Shown here in pieces: positions 41,343-54,501 of a DNA stretch of 64,000 nucleotides. The translations under genes and the position numbers were made by a program. Positions within the stretch are counted from its first letter, which is position 1. Every line of letters begins with the position of its first letter. The DNA lies in assembly GCA_965277715.1 (NCBI GenBank), contig OZ255836.1, positions 960,001-1,024,000 of the forward strand, given 5' to 3'. The DNA comes from Gammaproteobacteria bacterium. GTDB lineage: Bacteria; Pseudomonadota; Gammaproteobacteria; JBCCGL01. The notes under the pieces are model-generated. The model was not told where the DNA came from. It was given only the letters and a program-made list of their open reading frames with translations, and searched no databases.

Positions 41343-43745
41343 ATGAATTTGCGAACACTTACAGTTTTAACCACATTGGTTATCAGTTGTTGCGTCAATG
41401 CAGCCGAGATAAACAACCAAAATAAACGGGAATATCAATTGGCCATCGATACCAAAGCAGACTCCGCACTACAACAGTCCCTCGCAGAAGCCTTTGAGGC
41501 ACGTGGTGGTGATTATCAACCACGCACTGAACACCTGAACCCAGATGGCTCACCCATCTACATAAACCGCCTGATCAGCGAAGATTCCCCTTATTTACTG
41601 CAACACGCACACAACCCGGTCAACTGGTATCCCTGGGGCCAGGCGGCATTCGATGAGGCAAAGCGTCTCGATAGGCCCGTTTTTCTGTCAATTGGTTATG
41701 CCACCTGCCATTGGTGCCATGTGATGGAGCGCGAAAGTTTTGAAAGCGAAGCTATTGCGCGCATTATCAACCGCGATTACATCGCGATTAAAGTCGACCG
41801 CGAGCAGCGGCCCGATGTGGATGCCACCTTTATGCAGGCGGTGATTCTGCTCAACGGCAGTGGTGGCTGGCCCATGTCCAGCTTTCTCACCCCCGATGGC
41901 AAGCCGTTCTACGGCGGTACTTACTTTCCCCCTACACGCTTCACCAGCCTGCTGAACCGCATCGCCGAATTGTGGCAGGGCAATCGCACCGCCCTACTCT
42001 CACAAGCCGAACAGTTATCAGAGGCTGTCGCCAGCAGCACGCAGGTACAGGGACAGGCACAAGCCATCGGTGAACAGGAATACCAGCGGGCCATCGACAT
42101 CGCCCTGCAACGCTACGACAAAGCCCTTGGTGGTTTTGGCCAGGCGCCTAAATTTCCACAGGAATCGGTGCTGTATTTACTATTGGAGAACGCCCGGCGC
42201 ACACTTCATCAACCCTCTTTGGCGGCTGCACACGGTTCGTTGCAACAGATGGCACGCGGTGGTATTCACGACCATATCGCCGGTGGTTTTCATCGGTATT
42301 CGACAGATAACCAATGGCTTGTACCACATTTCGAGAAAATGCTTTACAACCAGGCAGCATTGGCCCGCAACTATCTGAGCGCGTTTCAGCTCACCAGTGA
42401 CCCTCAACATGCACGTACTGCACAGCGCATTCTCGACTATGTGCTGCGTGAAATGACCTCTCCCGCCGGTGCATTCTATTCCGCGACAGACGCCGACTCT
42501 GAAGGTAAAGAGGGAACATTTTTTGTATGGACGCCCGATCAGCTTGAACAGGCGCTAGGAAAAGCAGATGCCGCGCTGGCCAGTGCAGTGTGGAATGTCA
42601 CCGAGGCGGGAAATTTCGAGGGGCACAATATCCTGCATTTGCCGGATTCCATCGAAGCGCTGGCTGAAAAACTCAGCGAGCAATACGGTTTAAGCGCACA
42701 GGCATTACAGGCAAAAATTGATCGCTTTAGCGATCAACTGCTCATACTTAGAAACCAACGCGAACACCCATTGCTCGACGATAAAATCCTCACCGAATGG
42801 AACGCCATGATGATTACTGCACTGACAGAAGCCAGCCAGGTACTGGATAACCCCGATTACCTGGTTGCCGCCAGTCGCGCAGCGCAGTGGATCTGGAAAA
42901 CCAATAGGCGTGCAAACGGTCAGTTTTGGCGTGTACACTTTGAAGGCCACTCATCGATAGAGGCAACCCAAGCTGACCTGGCTTACCTGGCCGAGGCTAT
43001 GCTGGCTTTGTACGATACCAGTGGTGATAACCCCGGCGTTAATAGCCAATGGCTCGATTACGCACGCGCGTTAACAAACGCCATGATTGAACAGTTTTGG
43101 GACGCCGATCAGGGTGGGTTTTTTATGGGCAATGCAAGCGTTGCCGGCGCCCTATTACCCACGCGGCCAAAAGACCTGCACGACGGCGCGACACCGTCGG
43201 GTAATGGTGTGGCGATGCGGGTACTGGCGCGGCTCTGGCACCGTACGGGTGATGATCGCTACAAACAATACGCCAATCAATTACTGGCGGCATTCTCCGG
43301 TTTAATCACACAACACACGGATGCCTATTCATATCTGTTGCTTGGCGCCAGTGAATTATTATGGGGTGAAAGTGGCGCCCTGCAGTATGCAGCGCGGGGC
43401 AGGGTACGGGTACACGGCGCCGTAAATGAACGCGGGGAAATACAAATCTCGATTGATATTGCACCCGGCTGGCATATCAACGCCAACCAACCGCTACAGG
43501 ATTATCTGATTGGCACACGGCTGGAAGCACAGGCACCCAATACGCTTGAGGCCGTCAACTACCCCCACCCTACTTCACACGTGCTAGGCTTTCAACGGGA
43601 AACGCTTTCGCTCTATCAGGATAACGTAGTGATTCGTGCGCAATGGTCTGGCACAAAGACCGGTGCAGTTTCACTCGAACTTATGTTGCAGGCGTGTGAT
43701 GATAACGTCTGCCTGGCGCCGGAGACCTTAGTATTTAACCTGTGA
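41343..43745 (+). CDS. Exported YyaL/DUF255 thioredoxin-domain protein with C-terminal DsbD-N-like domain
   Basis: [34 protein letters not shown]; C-terminal GWHINAN and [11 protein letters not shown]; hydrophobic N-terminus. Confidence 0.88.
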   Translation: MNLRTLTVLTTLVISCCVNAAEINNQNKREYQLAIDTKADSALQQSLAEAFEARGGDYQPRTEHLNPDGSPIYINRLISEDSPYLLQHAHNPVNWYPWGQAAFDEAKRLDRPVFLSIGYATCHWCHVMERESFESEAIARIINRDYIAIKVDREQRPDVDATFMQAVILLNGSGGWPMSSFLTPDGKPFYGGTYFPPTRFTSLLNRIAELWQGNRTALLSQAEQLSEAVASSTQVQGQAQAIGEQEYQRAIDIALQRYDKALGGFGQAPKFPQESVLYLLLENARRTLHQPSLAAAHGSLQQMARGGIHDHIAGGFHRYSTDNQWLVPHFEKMLYNQAALARNYLSAFQLTSDPQHARTAQRILDYVLREMTSPAGAFYSATDADSEGKEGTFFVWTPDQLEQALGKADAALASAVWNVTEAGNFEGHNILHLPDSIEALAEKLSEQYGLSAQALQAKIDRFSDQLLILRNQREHPLLDDKILTEWNAMMITALTEASQVLDNPDYLVAASRAAQWIWKTNRRANGQFWRVHFEGHSSIEATQADLAYLAEAMLALYDTSGDNPGVNSQWLDYARALTNAMIEQFWDADQGGFFMGNASVAGALLPTRPKDLHDGATPSGNGVAMRVLARLWHRTGDDRYKQYANQLLAAFSGLITQHTDAYSYLLLGASELLWGESGALQYAARGRVRVHGAVNERGEIQISIDIAPGWHINANQPLQDYLIGTRLEAQAPNTLEAVNYPHPTSHVLGFQRETLSLYQDNVVIRAQWSGTKTGAVSLELMLQACDDNVCLAPETLVFNL

Positions 43746-43770
43746 AATTAAGCGTGCCCCCGAATATCTT

Positions 43771-43869
43771 TCACTCTACACTGCTCGCCTGCTTTTGCAG
43801 CCCATGTTCTGCATACACGCCAAAGGCCACGGCGATAAAACCGCGCAATGCGCCGATACTTAGAACCAT
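43771..43869 (-). pseudogene. DUF423 (YgdD-like) membrane protein N-terminal remnant
   Basis: MVLSIGALRGFIAVAFGVYAEHGLQK then stop at 32 aa; resembles the GA..GF.AVA.GAF.AHGL N-terminus of the family. Confidence 0.6.
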
Positions 43870-43950
43870 GCTTTACGTGCTACAGATCAGTCACTGAGAG
43901 TGGTGCCGGGCTTGGCGGTTACTCACTGCCCGAAAAGGTATTGAGATCAA

Positions 43951-44295
43951 TTACATTGTGTGCGTAGGTCTATCCACGTGTAACGTCTCTCCCAGATACT
44001 CTTCTACCTTAGCGCGGGTTGCCCCGTTATCCTGCTCGCTGAATTGCACACCAATTCCGGCCGCTTTGTTACCTTGAGCCCCCGGCGGTGTAATCCAGAT
44101 TATCTTGCCCGCTACCGGCAGTCGTTCCTTGCTATCGACCAGTGTCAGTAGCATAAATACCTCATCACCCAGCTTGTAGCTCTTTGATGTCGGGATAAAC
44201 AAACCACCATTTTTCACATAGGGCATGTAAGCGGAATACAAAGCCCCTTTATCTTTAATAGAAAGTGAAAGTATCCCCTGTCTTGCCTGGCTCAT
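43951..44295 (-). CDS. pilZ: Type IV pilus PilZ protein
   Basis: LYSAYMPYVKNGGLFIPT..RPTHTM; follows holB. Confidence 0.95.
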   Translation of the reverse strand: MSQARQGILSLSIKDKGALYSAYMPYVKNGGLFIPTSKSYKLGDEVFMLLTLVDSKERLPVAGKIIWITPPGAQGNKAAGIGVQFSEQDNGATRAKVEEYLGETLHVDRPTHTM

Positions 44296-44300
44296 GGTGC

Positions 44301-45203
44301 TTAAATACTCTCTTTTTGGTAAGGTTTTATTGTTTGTGCTTCAATAAACAACTGCTCATAAAGCGCACGGCGATTGACCCCCGGCTTTGCTGCAAACTGA
44401 TAGGCAGGCAGTAGTTTGTCATAAAAAGCCATTAATTGCCCCACTTCAATTTTGAAGGTTTTTTGCCGATTGGTATCAACATAATTCTCCAGCCCCGGTC
44501 CAGGGCAATCATCTATCATAAAACATTTTTTAAGTTGTGAAGATAACCAATTGAAAAGTGTATGAAATATTACCTCATGATCGGCTTTTGACCAATCGTT
44601 TGCAATGGCAATGTAGTCGCGTTGACTCATCAACCCCGACTGCCATGCCTGCAGCGACTCATCATAAAGGGTCGATTTATGATCTATTCCCAATGCCTGA
44701 TCGGGCGCTGTAATGCGCACCCGCTGGCAGCGGCTGCGAATGGTGATAGGAATAGCCCCTAGCTTTGACGACACCAGAATAATCACAACATTAGGCCGTG
44801 GTTCTTCGAGTGTCTTTAGCAGGCTGTTAGCAGCACCGGCATGCATGACATCGGCGGGGCTAATGATGACAACCCGATAGCCATTATGTTGGGCTGTCAG
44901 CCCCAATTCCACACACATGGCACGGATTTGCTGAATTTTTATCACCCGGCTGTCGTCGCCTGGCGAGACTTCAATATAATCACCGTGACTACCCGCCCCC
45001 ACTCGTTTGCACGCACGGCATTCACCACACGCAGCACCTGTGCTTTTGTGTGGTGAATCGCATAATAAGGCGGTGGCAAAACCACGTGCAAAGGGCAGCA
45101 TTGCCGAAGACGCACCAGTGACCAGTAGAGCATGTGGTATTTTACCGGCATTGACACGGGCTTGTAATGATTGCCATTCCGGTGTTTCACACAGAGGCAT
45201 CAC
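44301..45203 (-). CDS. holB: DNA polymerase III delta' subunit
   Basis: PHALL, ACGECRAC, AANSLLKTLEEP, TIRSRC. Confidence 0.9.
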   Translation of the reverse strand: MMPLCETPEWQSLQARVNAGKIPHALLVTGASSAMLPFARGFATALLCDSPHKSTGAACGECRACKRVGAGSHGDYIEVSPGDDSRVIKIQQIRAMCVELGLTAQHNGYRVVIISPADVMHAGAANSLLKTLEEPRPNVVIILVSSKLGAIPITIRSRCQRVRITAPDQALGIDHKSTLYDESLQAWQSGLMSQRDYIAIANDWSKADHEVIFHTLFNWLSSQLKKCFMIDDCPGPGLENYVDTNRQKTFKIEVGQLMAFYDKLLPAYQFAAKPGVNRRALYEQLFIEAQTIKPYQKESI

Positions 45204-45838
45204 TGTATACCCTCCCCATGGACCAGGTGTTTTACTTGGGTACGAATGGCCACTTCGACAGATTCAATGCCCTGGCTGGCATCAATAACCCGAAACCGTT
45301 GTGCAAAACATTGCGCACGCTGCAGATACGTTTGCCGCACGTTTTCAAAGAAATGCCTGCCTTCCTGTTCAAAGCGATCAAGAGCACCACGCCTGGCAGC
45401 GCGGTGTAAACCTGTCTCTATGGGGGCGTCCAGTAAAAACGTCAAATCCGCCTGTAGGTCACCTTGAACCCAGTGTTCAATGGCAGCAATTCGCTCTGCA
45501 TCGACATGCCGCCCGCCCCCCTGGTAGGCATAAGTCGCATCAGTAAAACGATCAGATATGACCCATTGTCCGGTGGCCAAAGCGGGTTCGATAACCTGCG
45601 TAATATGCTCTGCGCGTGCAGCGAACATCAGGAGTAATTCAGCGCTATCACTAATGGCGCCAATAGTGGGGTCAAGCAGCACACCACGCAGTGTTTCACC
45701 CAGTGCCGTTCCACCGGGCTCGCGAGTGGCCAATGCCTCGACGCCCAACTGTGCCAACTCATCCAACACAAAGGCCATACAGGTTGACTTGCCGACGCCC
45801 TCGCCTCCTTCTAAAGTGATAAATTTACCTCTATTCAT
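45200..45838 (-). CDS. tmk: Thymidylate kinase
   Basis: EGGEGVGKST, REPGG, SDRFTDATYAYQG. Confidence 0.97.
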   Translation of the reverse strand: MNRGKFITLEGGEGVGKSTCMAFVLDELAQLGVEALATREPGGTALGETLRGVLLDPTIGAISDSAELLLMFAARAEHITQVIEPALATGQWVISDRFTDATYAYQGGGRHVDAERIAAIEHWVQGDLQADLTFLLDAPIETGLHRAARRGALDRFEQEGRHFFENVRQTYLQRAQCFAQRFRVIDASQGIESVEVAIRTQVKHLVHGEGIQ

Positions 45839-46043
45839 AGTTTATTATGCTATTGCCAATCCCGATTAAGACAATTATAACCGTGATATTGATAACAAAT
45901 GCGATGCAGAAAAAATGGTTAATGTTGTCGTTCTGCTATGCCGCACCACAATGGGCGTCAGGTATGGTTTCAACAGGCTCTCCTCTGCAACAAAGCGCTC
46001 TGGTTTGCATTGCGCCTGTGTGACAGCCGCTTCCAGCTATTCA

Positions 46044-47069
46044 TTATTTTGTAGAGCGCCTGCGCTGATATTTATCTACCGCCGCTTCGTGTTCGTGCAG
46101 TGTACGTGAGAATTGATGCGTGCCATCATTGCGGGAAACAAAATATAAAGCATCGGTTTTATCCGGGTGCAATACAGCATCAATCGCCTCTCTCCCCGGC
46201 ATGGCAATCGGGGTGGGGGTTAAGCCATGCCGGGTATAGGTATTGTAGGCGGTATCCTGGCGCAGATGCTTACGACGGATATTGCCATCAAAATCTTCAC
46301 CGAGACCGTAGATAATCGTCGGGTCCGTTTGCAGGCGCATGTTAATGCGCAACCGCGACATAAATACAGCCGCAATCAATGGTCGCTCTTGCGCCGCCGC
46401 CGTCTCTTTTTCCACAATCGAGGCGAGAATCAAGGCTTCATAAGGGGTTTTGATTTCCAGGTTTTCATCCCTTTTTTCCCACGCTGCCTGTACGTATTCC
46501 TGCATTGCCCGGTAAGCGCGCCGCAAAAATGCAATATCGCTGGTGCCACGTGGAAACTGGTAGGTATCGGGAAGAAACTGCCCTTCCGGGTGAACACCGG
46601 GATAGCCCAGTGCCGCCATCAACGCCTCGTCTGATAGTTCAGCCGTGCGAATATCCAACAGTGGCGCAGTATCGTACAAAGCATTGCGCAACTGGCGAAA
46701 TGACCAGCCTTCGATAATCGTAAAAGGGTATTGACGGGTGCGCCCGGCAATTAATACATCCAGCAGCTCAATCGGTGTCAGAGCCGAGGTTATCTGGTAC
46801 TCACCCGCTTTAACACGCGACGCTTTATGGGTCAGTTTTGCATAGACCTTTAGCGGGAGTGAGCGGGAGAGTAAAGCGGTGGATTCAAGTTGCTGGACAA
46901 TAGAACCAAATGAAGCGCCTGGCTCAATAACCACTGTCAACGGTGAATTCGCCAGCGGCGTTGGTGTATTGAGACCCTGCCACGCATCCCATACAAACAA
47001 AGCGGCTATTACCAGTAATAAAAAACCGGCAGCAATAACACCACACAGCCATTTTATCCAAACAGCCAC
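46044..47069 (-). CDS. mltG: Endolytic transglycosylase MltG
   Basis: EGQFLPDTY, LASIVEKET, LQTDPT, YNTY. Confidence 0.95.
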   Translation of the reverse strand: MAVWIKWLCGVIAAGFLLLVIAALFVWDAWQGLNTPTPLANSPLTVVIEPGASFGSIVQQLESTALLSRSLPLKVYAKLTHKASRVKAGEYQITSALTPIELLDVLIAGRTRQYPFTIIEGWSFRQLRNALYDTAPLLDIRTAELSDEALMAALGYPGVHPEGQFLPDTYQFPRGTSDIAFLRRAYRAMQEYVQAAWEKRDENLEIKTPYEALILASIVEKETAAAQERPLIAAVFMSRLRINMRLQTDPTIIYGLGEDFDGNIRRKHLRQDTAYNTYTRHGLTPTPIAMPGREAIDAVLHPDKTDALYFVSRNDGTHQFSRTLHEHEAAVDKYQRRRSTK

Positions 47070-47072
47070 TGG

Positions 47073-48311
47073 TTAAATCGCTTTAAACACCACCGTGCCA
47101 TTGGTTCCGCCAAAACCAAAAGAATTGGATAGGGCAACATTGATCGGCATTTCGCGCGCTGCATTTGCCGCCACGTCAATATCACACCCTGGATCAAGTT
47201 GCTCAATATTCATCGTCGGTGGTGCAACCTGATCACGTATCGACAATACAGTAAACACGGCCTCAATACCGCCAGCCGCACCGAGCAAGTGCCCTGTCAT
47301 CGATTTGGTGGAACTCATCACCAGTGAATAGGCATGATCGCCAAATGTATTTTTAACCGCCTGCACTTCAACCATATCGCCAGCGGGCGTCGATGTGCCG
47401 TGTGCATTGATATAGTTGACCGTATCGACGGCAATGCCCCCGTTTTTCAGTGCCTGCTGCATACAACGGCGGGCGCCGTCACCGTTTTTAGCTGGCATGG
47501 TCATGTGAAACGCATCACCACTCATGCCAAAACCAGCCAGCTCACAGTAGATATTAGCGCCTCGTTTTTTAGCGTGTTCGTACTCTTCCAGCACCAGTAC
47601 ACCGGCACCGTCACCCAGTACAAAACCATCGCGATCAACATCCCAGGGTCTGCTGGCAGTCTCTGGTGAATCGTTGCGGGTGGATAGCGCACGCGCTGCG
47701 CCGAAACCGGCCAGCCCCAGCGGGCAGGTCGCCATTTCCGCCCCACCGGCAACCATAATATCGGCATCACCGTATTCAATTAAACGTGCTGCATCACCAA
47801 TATTATGAGTACCCGTCGTGCAGGCGGTGACAATGGCATAGTTAGGCCCCTGCAAACCATAGCGGATAGACAGGTTACCGGAGATCATATTGATAATTGA
47901 AGAGGGGACGAAAAATGGCGATACCTTGCGCGGCCCACTGTTTACCAGGGTATCGCGCTGTCTTTCGATAGCCGGCAATCCACCGATACCCGAACCTATT
48001 GCCACGCCGATGCGCTCGGCATTTTCCTCAGTGACATCGAATCCAGAATCTGTGATCGCCTGAATACCTGCGGCCATACCGTAGTGGATAAATTCATCCA
48101 TCTTGCGGGCATCTTTAGGTGTCATATACCCAGTGATATCGAAATCTTTAACGGCGGCAGAAAACTGTGTGGCATAGGCGCTAACATCAAATGCGGTAAC
48201 CGCCGCCATGCCCGATTTTCCGCACAGGATACCGTCCCAGGCACTTGCAACATCATTGCCAACAGGACACACAATGCCCAGACCGGTTACCACTACTCGC
48301 CGTTTTGACAC
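47073..48311 (-). CDS. fabF: Beta-ketoacyl-ACP synthase II
   Basis: [42 protein letters not shown]. Confidence 0.97.
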   Translation of the reverse strand: MSKRRVVVTGLGIVCPVGNDVASAWDGILCGKSGMAAVTAFDVSAYATQFSAAVKDFDITGYMTPKDARKMDEFIHYGMAAGIQAITDSGFDVTEENAERIGVAIGSGIGGLPAIERQRDTLVNSGPRKVSPFFVPSSIINMISGNLSIRYGLQGPNYAIVTACTTGTHNIGDAARLIEYGDADIMVAGGAEMATCPLGLAGFGAARALSTRNDSPETASRPWDVDRDGFVLGDGAGVLVLEEYEHAKKRGANIYCELAGFGMSGDAFHMTMPAKNGDGARRCMQQALKNGGIAVDTVNYINAHGTSTPAGDMVEVQAVKNTFGDHAYSLVMSSTKSMTGHLLGAAGGIEAVFTVLSIRDQVAPPTMNIEQLDPGCDIDVAANAAREMPINVALSNSFGFGGTNGTVVFKAI

Positions 48312-48375
48312 ATTACGCCCCTCACTAAAGAGTGCAGTTAGTTTATTTCACCGAACAACACGCATTACCACCATT

Positions 48376-48403
48376 AAAAAAGCCGCAGTCTGGCTGCGGC
48401 TTT
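48376..48403 (-). terminator. Rho-independent terminator after acpP
   Basis: aaagccgcag / ctgcggcttt hairpin followed by a T6 run on the - strand. Confidence 0.8.
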
Positions 48404-48424
48404 AATCGATTATCCTGAAGTGGA

Positions 48425-48661
48425 TTAATCGAGGTGTTCGTTAACGTAATCGATTGCCTGCTGAACTGTGGTGATTTTTTCTGCTTCATCGTCGGGAATT
48501 TCGCACTCGAACTCCTCCTCTAAAGCCATTACCAACTCAACAGTATCGAGAGAATCAGCACCAAGATCATCGACAAAAGAAGCCAGATTGGTGACTTCTT
48601 CTTCTTTTACACCCAACTGCTCAATAACAATTTTTTTGACGCGTTCTTCAACACTACTCAT
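48425..48661 (-). CDS. acpP: Acyl carrier protein
   Basis: [20 protein letters not shown]; ATG 48661 with GGAGG RBS. Confidence 0.97.
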   Translation of the reverse strand: MSSVEERVKKIVIEQLGVKEEEVTNLASFVDDLGADSLDTVELVMALEEEFECEIPDDEAEKITTVQQAIDYVNEHLD

Positions 48662-48867
48662 GACGTGTTTACCTCCAGGTATCTGAGATGGAACCAGGCA
48701 AATCACCTAGCAACAGGGGCGCTATTGTAGGGCTTACATCGCCATGATGCCAGTGCGATTTAAGCGTAAAATAGCAAGTTAAAATTACTAATAAAATATA
48801 TATATTACAAATACTTAAAAAACAAAATTAAAGAAGCTTAATAATAAAAACTCAAATAACATCTGAT

Positions 48868-49614
48868 CTAATTCATAAACATGCCGCCATTTACGTGCAA
48901 TGTATGACCACTAATATAAGCCGATGTAGGCATCGCCAAAAACACGGCGGCATGGGCAATATCGGCGGGGTCACCCAAACGGTTGGCCGGTATCTGAGTC
49001 AGGATTGCTGCGCGCTGCCCCTCACTGAGTGCATGGGTCATATCCGATGCAATAAAGCCGGGGGCAATGGTATTGACCGTAATATTGCGCGCTGCAACTT
49101 CCTTGGCCAATGACTTTCCAAACCCGATCATCCCGGCTTTAGCCGCCGCGTAATTAGCCTGACCGGCATTGCCCGTCACGCCAACCACTGAGGCGATATT
49201 AATTATGCGACCGAAACGCGCCTTGACCATATCCCTTAAGCACGCTTTGCTCATGCGAAAGACCGAGCTGAGGTTAGTCGCCATAATATCGCCCCACTCG
49301 TCATCTTTCATGCGCATCAGCAGGTTGTCGCGGGTAATGCCTGCGTTATTGACCAGGACACTCACCGCAGAAAATTCAGTTTTGATACGCTCTACAATAG
49401 TTGTGATGCCCTCTTTACTGGCGACATCCAGGCACATACCGGTGCCTTTAATACCGGCATCCGCAAGTACCTGCGCTATCCGTTTAGCCCCTTCATCAGT
49501 GGTTGCCGTGCCGATGACAGTGGCACCCTGATTACCCATGGCCATCGCTATCGCCTGCCCAATACCCCGGCTGGCACCCGTAACCAGTACTATTTGATCA
49601 GTTAACACGAGCAA
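48868..49614 (-). CDS. fabG: 3-oxoacyl-ACP reductase
   Basis: TGASRGIG, NNAGITRD, YAAAK, HVNGG. Confidence 0.96.
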   Translation of the reverse strand: MLVLTDQIVLVTGASRGIGQAIAMAMGNQGATVIGTATTDEGAKRIAQVLADAGIKGTGMCLDVASKEGITTIVERIKTEFSAVSVLVNNAGITRDNLLMRMKDDEWGDIMATNLSSVFRMSKACLRDMVKARFGRIINIASVVGVTGNAGQANYAAAKAGMIGFGKSLAKEVAARNITVNTIAPGFIASDMTHALSEGQRAAILTQIPANRLGDPADIAHAAVFLAMPTSAYISGHTLHVNGGMFMN

Positions 49615-49634
49615 GCTCCCGTTTTAATTTTGGT

Positions 49635-50576
49635 TTAAGCATCTGCCAGTAAGGCCAATGCTTTTTGCAACGACGCCGGGTCTTCAACCACTGCCGACGG
49701 CAGGCGCCGGTCGATGCGTTTAGCCAGACCCGTCAGCACTTTTCCAGGACCCAGCTCAATGATGGCTTCAGCACCCTGCGCCTGCATGTGTTTGATACTT
49801 TGCGCCCAATACACCGGGTTGGCGACATGCTTGCGCAGTGAAGCGAGGATATCGTCGCGAGACTGGCAAAGCACGGCCTCGTTGTTTTGCACCACCGGGA
49901 TCGACGGCTGCTGCGCCACCACTGAATCGATTTTTTCCGCCAGAGCCTCTACGACTGACTGCATGAGTGCGCTGTGATTGGGCACATTGACGGGCAATAA
50001 CACGCACTTGCGCGCCCCCGCTTCGTTGGCTGCCTGTATAACGCCTTGTATCGCATCCAGATGCCCGGAGATAACCACCTGTGCCGGTGAATTAAAATTG
50101 ACCGCCTCGACGACCCGCTGCCCGCTCTGTGCGCGACACAGCGCAATCACATCGTCATCTTCCATGCCCAGGATAGCGGCCATCCCCCCCTCGCCCTGCG
50201 GCACCGCATCGTTCATTAGTTGACAGCGCGTGGCAATAATGTCGACAGCATCGGTAAAACTGAATAACTCTGCGGCGACCAACGCGGTGTATTCACCGAG
50301 GCTATGGCCCGCCACAGCGATTGGCGCAGGCGCACCCGCAGCGCGAAAGACACGGTACACCGCAACACCGGAAACAAACATAATGGGCTGTGTATAGGTG
50401 GCAATATTTAGCTGTTCAGCCGGGCCTTCCTGTAATAATTTCCACAGATCGTAGCCCAACACCTCACTGGCTTCAGCAAACGTATCGGTGACCTGGCGAT
50501 GTTCAACGGCCAGTGCCGATAACATGCCCAACGACTGGGAGCCCTGCCCCGGAAAAACGGCTGCATATTTTTTCAT
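49635..50576 (-). CDS. fabD: Malonyl-CoA:ACP transacylase
   Basis: FPGQGSQ, GHSLGEY, ELGPGKVL. Confidence 0.96.
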   Translation of the reverse strand: MKKYAAVFPGQGSQSLGMLSALAVEHRQVTDTFAEASEVLGYDLWKLLQEGPAEQLNIATYTQPIMFVSGVAVYRVFRAAGAPAPIAVAGHSLGEYTALVAAELFSFTDAVDIIATRCQLMNDAVPQGEGGMAAILGMEDDDVIALCRAQSGQRVVEAVNFNSPAQVVISGHLDAIQGVIQAANEAGARKCVLLPVNVPNHSALMQSVVEALAEKIDSVVAQQPSIPVVQNNEAVLCQSRDDILASLRKHVANPVYWAQSIKHMQAQGAEAIIELGPGKVLTGLAKRIDRRLPSAVVEDPASLQKALALLADA

Positions 50577-50599
50577 GGTGTAGTGAATTCGTTATTATT

Positions 50600-51415
<816 letters not shown>

Positions 51416-51563
51416 TTACCGGGAGATTTGAACATCGCACTCGAGGTTGAATACCGTAGAAGGCGCGCATTCTAGCATAACCGCCGCTGACCTTATCAAG
51501 CGCATAAGTTTCCAAAAACCTGGGCATTATGTATTGACTTGTGTGCAAGTTAATAGCATGGGG

Positions 51564-54472
<2,909 letters not shown>

Positions 54473-54501
54473 ACTCTATACCCTACACTGCACAGGCCCG
54501 T

